A DNA stretch of 64,000 nt from an uncultured Acidobacteriota bacterium (GTDB taxonomy: Bacteria; Acidobacteriota; Vicinamibacteria; Vicinamibacterales; 2-12-FULL-66-21), in the NCBI GenBank assembly GCA_963725145.1, contig CAVRXL010000010.1:986693-1050692 (forward strand), read 5' to 3'. The translations under genes were made by a program, and so were the position numbers. The notes under the pieces were generated by a model. It was given only the letters and a program-made list of their open reading frames with translations, made no database searches and was not told the DNA's origin. Below, in pieces: positions 19,630 to 28,429 of the stretch (its first letter is position 1; each line of letters starts with the position of its first letter).

Positions 19630-22600
19630 CTACGGCTCGGGTTGGACCCGCCTCGCAATCCCGAATTCGCCTACCGCGAATCCGTTCGCTCCAGCTTCCG
19701 TCGTCACGACGATGCTGGTGATGGTTGCGAAGTCTGAGTAGAAGGCGAAGCCGCGCGCCCCGCCTTCGCCGTCAATCACGGCTTCGGTGCTCGTTTCGAA
19801 TACCTCGCCGTCGCTCGTCGTGATCGTGAAAAGGAACGGCTGACGGGTATTCGGTTCAGCATAGAAGTAAAACCCGGTCGTTCCTGCAGGTAGCGTCATC
19901 GTGAGCGTCGTCGCGTCGCGCCCCTCTCCCACATAGTCGAAGTAGACATCACCCGTGAAACCGTGGCTCCAGGTGACCCACACACAGGGCCCTTCGGCCG
20001 TGTTTGCCGTGCGATGGGCGACGGAGGTGTCGAACGTGAGAACACCCCCCAAAGGCGACGGCACGGTGGTCACGTCCGCGCCGCACTCGCGCGTGTCGTT
20101 GAACGGAGTTATCTCCTGCTCGCCGAGCGTGGCGGGATCGCCGAGTGTGGCGGGCGGTGCTTCGACCCCGAGATCCTGGAAGCAGATGGTTATGGGCGTA
20201 ACGACCTTTGCGTAGTTGGAGATCGGGCTCAAGGAACCGTCGTCGAACCTGGCCTTGACGAAGTAGGCGAGGTTCGGCCCGCCGCAGGCAAAGTCGTCGA
20301 AGTATGTCGTCGGTACGCTCTCCTCTCCCTCTTCCAACTCCACGATCGCGAACGGAACGGTCGGGAGAGTCGCAGGCGGGAACGGCGCCTCTGGATCGTA
20401 GGCGAACTTGAAGATCTCATAGGAGGCGACCGTTCCGAGGCCAGGTGCCTGCCAGTCGAGTCTCACAGGCAGATCACCATCGCCCTCGGTCACGCATTCG
20501 CCCTCGCCGTCGGTCAGGCAGGCTTCAAGCTCGATCGGCGCGGGTGGAGCATCGCCCGCCATCGCCAGCACGACCTCGAGAGGGATTTCGTCGAAGGACT
20601 CGCCTTCGGCACCGACATTCGTGTCTCCCAGTCCGAATGCGCCGCGGCCGGTGTCGCCGCGTCCGGTATCGCCGCGTCCGGTATCGCCACGGCCGGCAGT
20701 CCCCGTATCGCCGCGCCCGGTGTCGCCGCGCCCGGTATCGCCACGCCCGGTGTCGCCGCGCCCGGTGTCGCCGCGCCCGGTGTCACCACGCCCCGTGTCG
20801 CCGCGACCGACGTCGAGGGACATTGGCCCCACCATGAGCGTGCTATCCGAGTCCTTGCTGATGAACTGTCCCCCGACATTTCGCCTGATGCCGAGCTGAT
20901 TCAGACGAATGGCGGCCCATTCGTTCTCGCTCGACGCCAGCGTCGTGGGGCTGCCGTCGAAGTTGACGTCTTGTGTGAACGAGGGGGCCTGGGTGTCCAG
21001 CGTCCCGTCGGAATTCCAATCGATCGGGCCGACGGCCGCGCCGTCGACGCGCACAGACGGAAGATCTCCTGCGAGCAGAATCGTTCCGTCGCAGTGCCTC
21101 GTCGCCGCGGCTGCCAGGCCGTTGAGATTGCTGGTGGCCAGGGGCGCATACCAGCTGGAACGGTATAGCGGTCCCCCTGCCAAGGGAGTATCGAGGAGCG
21201 AAGTCTCGTCGATCCCGACGCCAGGGGCTATGACCTGGCGGGAGTAATCCATCTTGACTTCGCCCTGCAAATTGACCAGTCCGTGCAGCTGATACAGCCA
21301 ATTCATCGTGCTGAGCTGGTGTGGCGCGCAGTTCTTTTTCCTTTCAACCGCCGGGTCGAGCGACGCCGGTCCGCCGTGCGCGAGCTCGAAGCCGTGTCCG
21401 AGCTCATGGAACAACGTGGCGCCCTGATACTGGTCGCTCCCGATCGGCAGCCCATCGGCGTTCAGAAACGCTCCGAGCGTCACCATCCCGTCGCCGCCGG
21501 GGAAATCGTTGATGCCGGAGTTGGTCACAGCCCTGTGGAAGTCCGGGTTGGTCTCCTGGCAGATTTCATCTGGAGTGTCGAGGTCCCCGTCGGCGTCCGG
21601 TCCGTCAACCAGACAGGATGCCTTGGGAATGCCCAGCGCGTGAGCGAACAGCACGTAGCGGTGCGTGTCCATTCGGTTGCTGTCGAATCGCCTCTGGCAC
21701 GTATTGCCGGGCAGATCGCAGGGGTCGTCCCCGTTGGGAAGGAGTGGAGGCGGGTTGAAGACCTCGTCCCTCAGGAATCGAAAGCCGGTCTTCCAACCCA
21801 CCGTCCCGGGAATAGGACCAACCGTAGCATCTGAAAACTGGCAGACGGTCGGATCATTCGGATCCGGGGGGCAAACGGTAATCGATTCATCAATCGCCTC
21901 GCCGCCCCGGGCCAGGTCCGACTGGACAAGAGCACAGCGTGGCTGCCAGGCCGCCTGGCAGGCTGCGGCCGTGGGCAACGGCGGGTAAGGCTGACCGGTA
22001 GCAGGATCGACGTTCGGCGCCTGGTAGTTACCCCCGACGTCTATGTGGACGTTGATGCCGGTGCTTCCATCGGGGTTGTTCACAGGAGCGTTCTTGAACG
22101 CCGTGCTCATGAGGCTCAGCGCCTTCTCGGTGGGCAGGTGTGAATGCGGAGGTCTCGGTACGCCCGCGTATGACGTGACAACGCCGGTGTGCATGTAGCC
22201 AATCTCTACGAAGAGATCCTTCGTCATCGGGTTGGCGCGCATTGCGTGCAGGTCGGGCTGCTTTGGGCTGTTCGGATCCGCTGGATCGATTGGCGCTCCT
22301 CCGGGAGTGCTTTCCCAGACGTCCAGCTTGCCATCCCTGTCCGTGTCCCTGACCGGCGTGTTGAGCACGAGCGCGCTCCAGGAGACGCAATCAGGCACGA
22401 GCAGGCCCGGGTCGACTGTCATGATCGCCGCGCCGTTGTTCTCCTGCAAAGCGACGTTGGCCGTGAAGTTGTCCCACTTGGGGCCGTTCGCGCTTCTGAA
22501 GGGATTCGGGAAGGTCTGGCCGTTGATCTTCAGCTGCTCCGTCAGAAGCAGCCGGCCGTCTCCGACGACATGGGTCATCTTGGCTGACTTGGCACCCTGG

Positions 22601-22791
22601 CTCGCCATTTTCGGGTCATAGAACCCAATCATCCGCTGCGTCCAGGACTGGAACGCTCGCTTGGTGGAACCACCGTCGTAGATGGTGATCCCTTTCAGCA
22701 GCTCGCTCTGGTCCCTGTACAGGACGACCAGGCTGGCGCCGACTGCACGCGGCGCCGTAAGGAACCCCGGTTCGATCGCCGCTCTCGTCAT
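19630..22791 (-). CDS. metzincin-like zinc metalloprotease domain protein with tandem GRGDT repeats (main body; the N-terminus is encoded upstream in shifted frames)
   Basis: Track ORF of 1053 aa. Zinc site LFHELGHGFELAHGG (HExxHxxExxH). Ca-binding-like DTDRDGKLD and DADGDLD motifs. GRGDT x10. The ORF has no signal peptide of its own; the upstream fragment supplies one. Confidence 0.8.
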   Translation of the reverse strand: MTRAAIEPGFLTAPRAVGASLVVLYRDQSELLKGITIYDGGSTKRAFQSWTQRMIGFYDPKMASQGAKSAKMTHVVGDGRLLLTEQLKINGQTFPNPFRSANGPKWDNFTANVALQENNGAAIMTVDPGLLVPDCVSWSALVLNTPVRDTDRDGKLDVWESTPGGAPIDPADPNSPKQPDLHAMRANPMTKDLFVEIGYMHTGVVTSYAGVPRPPHSHLPTEKALSLMSTAFKNAPVNNPDGSTGINVHIDVGGNYQAPNVDPATGQPYPPLPTAAACQAAWQPRCALVQSDLARGGEAIDESITVCPPDPNDPTVCQFSDATVGPIPGTVGWKTGFRFLRDEVFNPPPLLPNGDDPCDLPGNTCQRRFDSNRMDTHRYVLFAHALGIPKASCLVDGPDADGDLDTPDEICQETNPDFHRAVTNSGINDFPGGDGMVTLGAFLNADGLPIGSDQYQGATLFHELGHGFELAHGGPASLDPAVERKKNCAPHQLSTMNWLYQLHGLVNLQGEVKMDYSRQVIAPGVGIDETSLLDTPLAGGPLYRSSWYAPLATSNLNGLAAAATRHCDGTILLAGDLPSVRVDGAAVGPIDWNSDGTLDTQAPSFTQDVNFDGSPTTLASSENEWAAIRLNQLGIRRNVGGQFISKDSDSTLMVGPMSLDVGRGDTGRGDTGRGDTGRGDTGRGDTGRGDTGRGDTGTAGRGDTGRGDTGRGDTGRGAFGLGDTNVGAEGESFDEIPLEVVLAMAGDAPPAPIELEACLTDGEGECVTEGDGDLPVRLDWQAPGLGTVASYEIFKFAYDPEAPFPPATLPTVPFAIVELEEGEESVPTTYFDDFACGGPNLAYFVKARFDDGSLSPISNYAKVVTPITICFQDLGVEAPPATLGDPATLGEQEITPFNDTRECGADVTTVPSPLGGVLTFDTSVAHRTANTAEGPCVWVTWSHGFTGDVYFDYVGEGRDATTLTMTLPAGTTGFYFYAEPNTRQPFLFTITTSDGEVFETSTEAVIDGEGGARGFAFYSDFATITSIVVTTEAGANGFAVGEFGIARRVQPEP
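20621..20812 (-). repeat. coding tandem repeat, 15-nt units encoding GRGDT (7 copies, GTA, 3 copies, then degenerate GRGAF GLGDT)
   Basis: Minus-strand reading: ggt cgc ggc gac acg / ggg cgt ggt gac acc / ggg cgc ggc gac acc ... The protein segment is DVGRGDTGRGDTGRGDTGRGDTGRGDTGRGDTGRGDTGTAGRGDTGRGDTGRGDTGRGAFGLGDTN. Confidence 0.95.
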
Positions 22792-22905
22792 CGTCGGCGA
22801 AAAGCTTCCCCGCGTCTGGTATCTCGAGACGATGCTTCGCCGTCAGCGACTGTTTTCCGGTGCCGGGATCGATCGTCAGGAATCGGAGCGCGTCGACGCG
22901 GTACG

Positions 22906-23391
22906 TCACCATCCTGCGGATGCCGGGTATCGCGAGGCTCCAGCAGGGGGGCGTCGCGAGCTCCCAGTTGAGCGCCTTTGCGAACGTCCCGGAGCCCGGA
23001 CGTTGGACCCCGGCGCCATGAATGGCCCGAGGTCGAAGCCGTTGAACTTCGCGCTGTCTATGCCGGAACCTCGGAAGCCGGTTCGTTCCGACGTCTGCAC
23101 GTACAGGAACGCGGCGACGATGTCGGCCGCGACCGGTACGCCATTGGGACCGCCCAAGGCCCCAAGCTCCGGAATATCGACAACGGCTGTTCCGTTGACG
23201 CCCTTCCGCCACAGGCTGATGCCGCGGACGACGTGGTCCCCGGTGATGAAATAGTTCTTGAAGAGCTGCAGCGTGCTCTGAACCGGCGGCGGAGGGTTCG
23301 TCGCGCTCAACGGCGGCCCGCCCATCCAGTGCCCGGTGGCGGCGAACACCAGGGCGATCGTCGCAGCGCCAACGAGGCGGCGTCTCGTCAT
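22906..23391 (-). CDS. N-terminal fragment (signal peptide + first ~125 residues) of the RGD metalloprotease gene
   Basis: Track ORF of 161 aa. Signal-like start MTRRRLVGAATIALVFAATGHW. The sequence is credible up to ...FNGFDLGPFMAPG, then becomes an Arg-rich off-frame tail. A protein-like sequence continues in the frame of ORF 22616..23422 (GSGTFAKALNWELATPPCWSLAIPGIRRMVTYRVDALRFLTIDPGTGKQSLTAKHRLEIPDAGKLFADDDE). Confidence 0.6.
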   Translation of the reverse strand: MTRRRLVGAATIALVFAATGHWMGGPPLSATNPPPPVQSTLQLFKNYFITGDHVVRGISLWRKGVNGTAVVDIPELGALGGPNGVPVAADIVAAFLYVQTSERTGFRGSGIDSAKFNGFDLGPFMAPGSNVRAPGRSQRRSTGSSRRPPAGASRYPASAGW

Positions 23392-23583
23392 GGCTGACTC
23401 TGCGGTCGTGTGTGTCCGTCACGATCCGTATTCAGTCTGGAAACGGCGGCGTGGAAACACTTCGTCATGACACCCTCGATCGGCTGGAGAGCAGCCGCAT
23501 CAGAGATAACGACATCGGACCCCGGCGCGGACTACTGCGCCGCGACTTTCAGGAACAAGAGCGTTGCGGGAGGAGCGGAGATT

Positions 23584-23745
23584 ATGGTGGAGGAGGCCCC
23601 TACCGGCGCAAGAGAAGAATTGGCCGATTACGGGAAATTCCGCGAAGCGCATGGCGCCCTCCTTGCCATGGCTCGCTTGGGGGGGAGCGTGCTGACGCTT
23701 TTGGACGTCGGCGCCGTCGGCAAAGTTCCCGAAGCGCGGGCGTAG
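23584..23745 (+). CDS. possible small ORF (53 aa) in the 390-nt divergent spacer
   Basis: ATG at 23584, 9 nt after GGGAGGA. Product MVEEAPTGAREELADYGKFREAHGALLAMARLGGSVLTLLDVGAVGKVPEARA. I recognise no motif. Confidence 0.2.
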   Translation: MVEEAPTGAREELADYGKFREAHGALLAMARLGGSVLTLLDVGAVGKVPEARA

Positions 23746-23781
23746 CGCGAGCGCGAGGCGGGCCTATGTTACAGTCCCGGC

Positions 23782-25176
23782 GTGACTTCCGCTTCAACCG
23801 CGGCTTCCGCCGCGCCGGCGGCGCGCGACAAGGCTCTCGTCCAGGCAATCGGCCTGCCGACGGCCATCCTCTTCGTCATCGGCAGCGTCGTCGGATCCGG
23901 CATCTTCATGACCACCGGCATCATGGCCGATGCCTTGCCGTCGACCACCCTGCTGCTCGTCGCCTGGACGGCCGGAGGGCTGCTCGCGCTCGCCGGGGGG
24001 CTCACGTACGCCGAAATGGGGGCCATGTTCCCGCGCTCGGGCGGGGTTTACGTGTTTCTCCGCGAGGCGTGGGGACCACTCGTCGGCTTTCTGTACGGCT
24101 GGGCCGCGCTCCTCGTCGTCGTGAGCGGAGGGATCGCCGCGGTGTCGGTGGGCTTTGGTGAGTGGGTCGGGTACTTCATCCCGTCGTGGTCGAGCTCGAG
24201 GATTCTCGGCTCGGCGACGATCGCAGGGCTCAACTGGACCATAACCGCTGCGCAGATCACCGGCGTGTGCGCGATCGCGATCCTCGGTACGATCAATTAC
24301 GTCGGCGTCCGATCGGGAAACATGGTCAACGCCGTCATGACGGCGGCGAAGGTGAGCGGGCTCGCGATGCTGCCGCTGCTGGCGCTCGTGGTCCAGCGCG
24401 TCGATCCGGTGTTCACGCCCGTTGTCCCTGATGTGCCGCGCCCGGCGGCCGCGTTCGGCGTCGCGATGATCGCGGTGCTCTGGACATACGAGGCGTGGTA
24501 CTTCGTCACGTATGCGGCGGGGGAGATCAAGGATCCGCGACGCAATCTTCCGCGCGCCCTGCTGTACGGGATCCTCGCGCTGACAACGATCTACCTGTCG
24601 GTCAACCTCGCGTACTTCTATTCGCTGCGGCTCGACGAAATGCGCGGCGTCGTCAGGATCGCCCAGCATTCGGCGACGGCGCTCGTCGGCGACCGCGGCG
24701 CCACCTTCATCGCCGTGACGGTGGTCATCTCGACGTTCGGCTGCAACGCAGCGGCGATCCTCGCCGGGTCGCGGCTGCTCTACGCGATGTCGCAGGACGG
24801 ATTGTTCTTTCGCGTCACAGGGCTCGTGCACCCGCGATATCGGACTCCGCACGTCGCCATTGTCGCGGTGACGCTGTGGTCGATCGTGTTGACGCTTTCC
24901 GGCCGGTACGATCAGCTGTTCACGTACGTCATGTTCGCGTCGATTCTCTTCAGCGTCGCCGGGGGGCTCGCCCTGTTTCGTCTACGGTTCACGCGACCGG
25001 ACACGCCGCGGCCGTACCGCGCGTGGGGCTACCCGGTCGTGCCGGCGCTCTTCATCGCCGGTGGCACCGCCTTCGTGCTCAACACTCTGCTCGAGCGGCC
25101 CGGCGAGTCGCTGACGGGGCTCGGTCTCCTCGCGCTCGGTCTGCCGGCGTATTGGTACTGGACGAAGCAGCCCTGA
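23782..25176 (+). CDS. APC-superfamily amino acid permease
   Basis: Track ORF of 464 aa with a GTG start. About 12 hydrophobic segments. N-terminal signature GLPTAILFVIGSVVGSGIFMTTG is typical of APC transporters. Confidence 0.85.
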   Translation: MTSASTAASAAPAARDKALVQAIGLPTAILFVIGSVVGSGIFMTTGIMADALPSTTLLLVAWTAGGLLALAGGLTYAEMGAMFPRSGGVYVFLREAWGPLVGFLYGWAALLVVVSGGIAAVSVGFGEWVGYFIPSWSSSRILGSATIAGLNWTITAAQITGVCAIAILGTINYVGVRSGNMVNAVMTAAKVSGLAMLPLLALVVQRVDPVFTPVVPDVPRPAAAFGVAMIAVLWTYEAWYFVTYAAGEIKDPRRNLPRALLYGILALTTIYLSVNLAYFYSLRLDEMRGVVRIAQHSATALVGDRGATFIAVTVVISTFGCNAAAILAGSRLLYAMSQDGLFFRVTGLVHPRYRTPHVAIVAVTLWSIVLTLSGRYDQLFTYVMFASILFSVAGGLALFRLRFTRPDTPRPYRAWGYPVVPALFIAGGTAFVLNTLLERPGESLTGLGLLALGLPAYWYWTKQP

Positions 25177-25190
25177 AGGGCTGCGCTACG
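25167..25190 (+). repeat. REP-like conserved hairpin element, copy 1 (GCAGCCC-tgaa-GGGCTGC-GCTACG)
   Basis: A 7-bp stem with a 4-nt loop that straddles the permease stop codon. It matches 23 of 24 nt with the copy at 63972-63995. Confidence 0.7.
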
Positions 25191-25199
25191 AAATCAGAG

Positions 25200-26150
25200 A
25201 TGCACTTCGTCATCCTCGGATCGGGCGCCGTCGGCGGGTACTACGGGGCGAAGCTGGCCAGGGCCGGTCAGCGCGTAACGTTCATCGCGCGCGGCGCGCA
25301 CCTCGCCGCCCTGCGCGAGCGCGGCATGGAGATCGTGGCGCCCGAAGTCGAGAGCTTCACGATCCGCGCGGAAGCCACGGACGATCCACGACAGGCCGGC
25401 ACACCAGACGTCGTCCTCCTGGCCGTCAAGACCTATGACAACGGCACGGTCCTGCCGATGCTCCGGCCGATGCTCGGACCTTCGACCGTCGTTCTGACGC
25501 TGCAGAACGGCGTCGACAGCGCCGATGAGACGGCGGCCGTCGCCGGGGAAGCACGCGTGCTCGCCGGGCCGACGTACATCGCGACCGCTCTCGAGGCGCC
25601 GGGCCGGATCGTCCAGACCGGCACGCACCGACGGATTGTCTTCGGCGAGGTCTTCGGCTCCCGGGGCCTCACCGATCGCGTGAAGGCGATCCGGGATGTG
25701 ATGCTGGGAGCGGACATCAAGGCCGAGGTCGTCGACGACGCGAGGCCGATCCTGTGGGAGAAGTTCATTTATCTTGCGCCCTTTGCGGGGTTCACGGGTG
25801 CGATGCGGCTTCCGGCAGGGGCCATCCTCGACGATCCGTTCATCCGCGCGCAGTTCCTCGCGGCCGCCGGCGAGGTCGAGCGCGTCGCGCGCGCCGAGGG
25901 CATCGCGCTTCCCGCGGACCTCGAGGCGCGGCTGGCGCCTTACATGAACGCGCTTCCTCCCTCTACGCGGTCCTCCTTGTTGATCGATTTGTCGCAGCAG
26001 AAGCGGATTGAAGTCGAGGCGCTCCAGGGGTCGGTCGTGCGCCGCGGCGCGCGCGCCGGCGTCCCGACGCCGATCATGTCGACGCTCTATGCCGTCCTGA
26101 AGCCCTACGTGGAGGGCGCGCCGAAGACCCGGGCGATGATGGCCTCGTAG
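25200..26150 (+). CDS. panE: 2-dehydropantoate 2-reductase (ketopantoate reductase, ApbA/PanE family)
   Basis: ATG at 25200 inside track ORF 24495..26150. Rossmann N-terminus MHFVILGSGAVGGYYGAKLARAG. Family-typical LWEKFIYL and SSLLIDL...IEVEAL motifs. 316 aa. Confidence 0.8.
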   Translation: MHFVILGSGAVGGYYGAKLARAGQRVTFIARGAHLAALRERGMEIVAPEVESFTIRAEATDDPRQAGTPDVVLLAVKTYDNGTVLPMLRPMLGPSTVVLTLQNGVDSADETAAVAGEARVLAGPTYIATALEAPGRIVQTGTHRRIVFGEVFGSRGLTDRVKAIRDVMLGADIKAEVVDDARPILWEKFIYLAPFAGFTGAMRLPAGAILDDPFIRAQFLAAAGEVERVARAEGIALPADLEARLAPYMNALPPSTRSSLLIDLSQQKRIEVEALQGSVVRRGARAGVPTPIMSTLYAVLKPYVEGAPKTRAMMAS

Positions 26151-28429
26151 CGCGGGTGACCCTTCAGAGGCTCGAACATCGGGTCCGAGCCGAAGAAGAC
26201 ACAGTGTCCGGATCGTGTCTCGACGAGCTGACCCATAAGGTCCAGCGAGGCATCGATCTCTCCGAGGCCGATGTGGGCCGCGATGAAGATCTGCGGCGCC
26301 CGGTCGCGCGCGCCGGGAATGGAGTTCATCATCGCCACACGGGATCGCCAATACGCCTCGGGCGACTGGGTCGCGAGGGGCATGGCGAGCGTCGCGGCCT
26401 CGTCGATCCGTACGCCGAGGTTCTGCAGCGCGCTCGTCGCGTAGCGTGCGGCCCGCGGAAAATCGCCGAGCTGCTCGCAGGCGGTGGCCGCGACCGCGTT
26501 CGCCTCATGGAACCCGGGGTCGAGCTCCAGGATGTGATGTGCTTGCCGTATGGCGTCGTCGTATCGGCGCGCCTGGTACAGGGCCCAGCCGAGGTTCAGA
26601 TTGAAGAGAAGCGAGAGCGGCTCGAGCTCCACCGCGCGGCGACTCTCCTCGATGCAGGCATCGGGTCGCTGCTGCGTACCCTGGTAAATTCCGTAGAAGG
26701 AACGCGCCAGCCCATGTGACGGGCTGAGGTCGAGCGCGCGTTTGAATTCACGCTCGGCCTCGCTCCAGCTCCACGTGTGGAACATGTGCACCAGCGCGAG
26801 CGTGTTATGCGCGTCTGCCAGGTTGTCGTCGAGCTCCATGGCGCGCCGCGCCGTGTCGCGCGCCTTCTGCCAGCCCTCGCCGGGGTCGACCAGATGATAA
26901 AAGGCGAGTGCGCCGTAGGTGTCGCCGAGGCCGGCCCAGGCCGGAGCAAAAGAGGGATCGAGCGCGACGGCGCGCTCGAAATGCGCCGCGGCCGCTCGAA
27001 AACCGTCCGGCGTCCAGCGGTTCCAGTGATAGCGGCCGCGGAGATGTTCCTGGTAAGCGTCGCTGCTGCCGGTCTTCTTCTGTGTGAGGCGCTTCTTCTG
27101 CTCTCCCGTCAGCCGGATGCGCAGCGCTTCCGAGATGTGCCAGGCAATCTCCTCCTGCACGCCCTGCACCTCGGACAGCGGCCGGCGATACTGCTCGCCC
27201 CACAGCTGTGATTCGGTCGCCGCATCCACGAGCTCCGCCTGCACGTTCAGGAGGTCGCCGCGCTGCGCGATCCGACCGGTCAGGAGGGTCCGCGCGTTGA
27301 GCGCGAGCGCCGCGGCGCCCGGATCCGTCTGCACGCCCTTGTACCTGAACACCGATCCGCGCGGGACGACGCGCAGGCCGGGAAGCTGCGACAGACTGTT
27401 GATGATGCTCTCGGTCAGGCCGTCGCTGAGGTACTCGAGATCGTCGCTCCCCGCGCTCTGGAAGGGGAGCACCGCAATCGACTTGCCGCGCGGCACTCGA
27501 CGCTTGCTGGCGGCGGCGGCGCCGGTTCCAGTGAGGAGCGCCTGGAGCGCGAAAGCGACGTCCCGCGCGCTGCTGAACCGGCGCTCCGGCGCCTTCGCGA
27601 GGCAGTGTTCGAGGACGCGCCCGAGCTCCGCAGGAGCGGGCGGATTGAGCGCCGGCAGCCGCGGCGCGGGGTCGCGCAGCGTGGCGGCCATGATCTCCTG
27701 CGGCGTCCGACCCGCGAAGGGACGCCTGGCGGTCAGCATCTCGTACAGGACGCAGCCGAGCGCGAACAGATCGCTGCGGGCATCGGCCGGCAGACCCTGG
27801 ACCTGTTCGGGCGACATGTACCCGATCGTCCCGAGCACGATGCCGGGAACCGTGCCCAGAAACGTCGCGGCATCTTTTTCGGCGTCCGGGACGATGGCGG
27901 GCCGCCGCGCGAGGCCGAAGTCGAGGATCTTGGGCCCCTGTCCGACGGGCAGGAAGATGTTTTCCGGCTTGAGGTCGCGATGGATGACATCCTTGCCGTG
28001 CGCCGCGGCGAGGCCTTCGGCAACCGACGTCGCGATCTCGACCGCCGCGCGCCACGGCAGCGGGCCCTGGAGCAGGCGGGATCGGAGTGTCTCCCCTTCG
28101 AGGAGCTCCATCACCGCGAACAGCGTGTCTTCGGCGCGCGTGAACTCGTAGATCGCCACGATCCCGGAGTGCGACAGCGCGGCGATGGCGCGCGCCTCCC
28201 GCTCGAACCGCTCACGCGCCTCGGGATCGGACGACAGGTGTTCGGGGAGCATCTTGATCGCGACGTGCCGCCCGAGCCGCGTGTCGAGCGCGCGATACAC
28301 GACGCCCATGCTGCCGGCGCCCAACGGCTCGACGATCTGATACTGGCGAAGGAGGGAACCGGACTGTACGGACAAGATGTGTGGAACCCACCTCAATGCT
28401 GATTTCTGAATGCTGATTGCTGAATGCAC
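26105..28429 (-). CDS. Hanks-type Ser/Thr protein kinase with C-terminal TPR sensor region
   Basis: Track ORF of 774 aa. Motifs: GAGSMGVVY, VAIK, HRDLKPENIF, DFGLA, GTIGYMSPE, then KSIAVLPFQSAGSDDLEYLSDGLTESIINSL and TPR repeats. The first ~18 codons translate the heptamer tract, so the true start may be the TTG at 28375. Confidence 0.85.
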   Translation of the reverse strand: MHSAISIQKSALRWVPHILSVQSGSLLRQYQIVEPLGAGSMGVVYRALDTRLGRHVAIKMLPEHLSSDPEARERFEREARAIAALSHSGIVAIYEFTRAEDTLFAVMELLEGETLRSRLLQGPLPWRAAVEIATSVAEGLAAAHGKDVIHRDLKPENIFLPVGQGPKILDFGLARRPAIVPDAEKDAATFLGTVPGIVLGTIGYMSPEQVQGLPADARSDLFALGCVLYEMLTARRPFAGRTPQEIMAATLRDPAPRLPALNPPAPAELGRVLEHCLAKAPERRFSSARDVAFALQALLTGTGAAAASKRRVPRGKSIAVLPFQSAGSDDLEYLSDGLTESIINSLSQLPGLRVVPRGSVFRYKGVQTDPGAAALALNARTLLTGRIAQRGDLLNVQAELVDAATESQLWGEQYRRPLSEVQGVQEEIAWHISEALRIRLTGEQKKRLTQKKTGSSDAYQEHLRGRYHWNRWTPDGFRAAAAHFERAVALDPSFAPAWAGLGDTYGALAFYHLVDPGEGWQKARDTARRAMELDDNLADAHNTLALVHMFHTWSWSEAEREFKRALDLSPSHGLARSFYGIYQGTQQRPDACIEESRRAVELEPLSLLFNLNLGWALYQARRYDDAIRQAHHILELDPGFHEANAVAATACEQLGDFPRAARYATSALQNLGVRIDEAATLAMPLATQSPEAYWRSRVAMMNSIPGARDRAPQIFIAAHIGLGEIDASLDLMGQLVETRSGHCVFFGSDPMFEPLKGHPRYEAIIARVFGAPST

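Noticed and set aside
22792-22908. The in-frame TGA at 22906-22908 between the two same-frame parts of the RGD protease gene, considered as selenocysteine or a stop-codon read-through.
   Set aside because: At least two further stops occur in that frame before 22791. The intervening region reads as a good protein only in another frame, so a pair of frame changes explains it better.
23470-23570. Glycine-riboswitch-like strings (CTGGAGAG..., ...TTTCAGGAACAAGAGC) upstream of the APC permease.
   Set aside because: The conserved ACCGAAGGGGCAA-type core is missing, only one partial aptamer can be drawn, and it lies ~200 nt from the start codon. This is not supportable without a covariance-model scan.
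24495-25199. N-terminal 235 aa of track ORF 24495..26150.
   Set aside because: It is an off-frame overlap with the APC permease. The PanE Rossmann N-terminus starts at the ATG at 25200.
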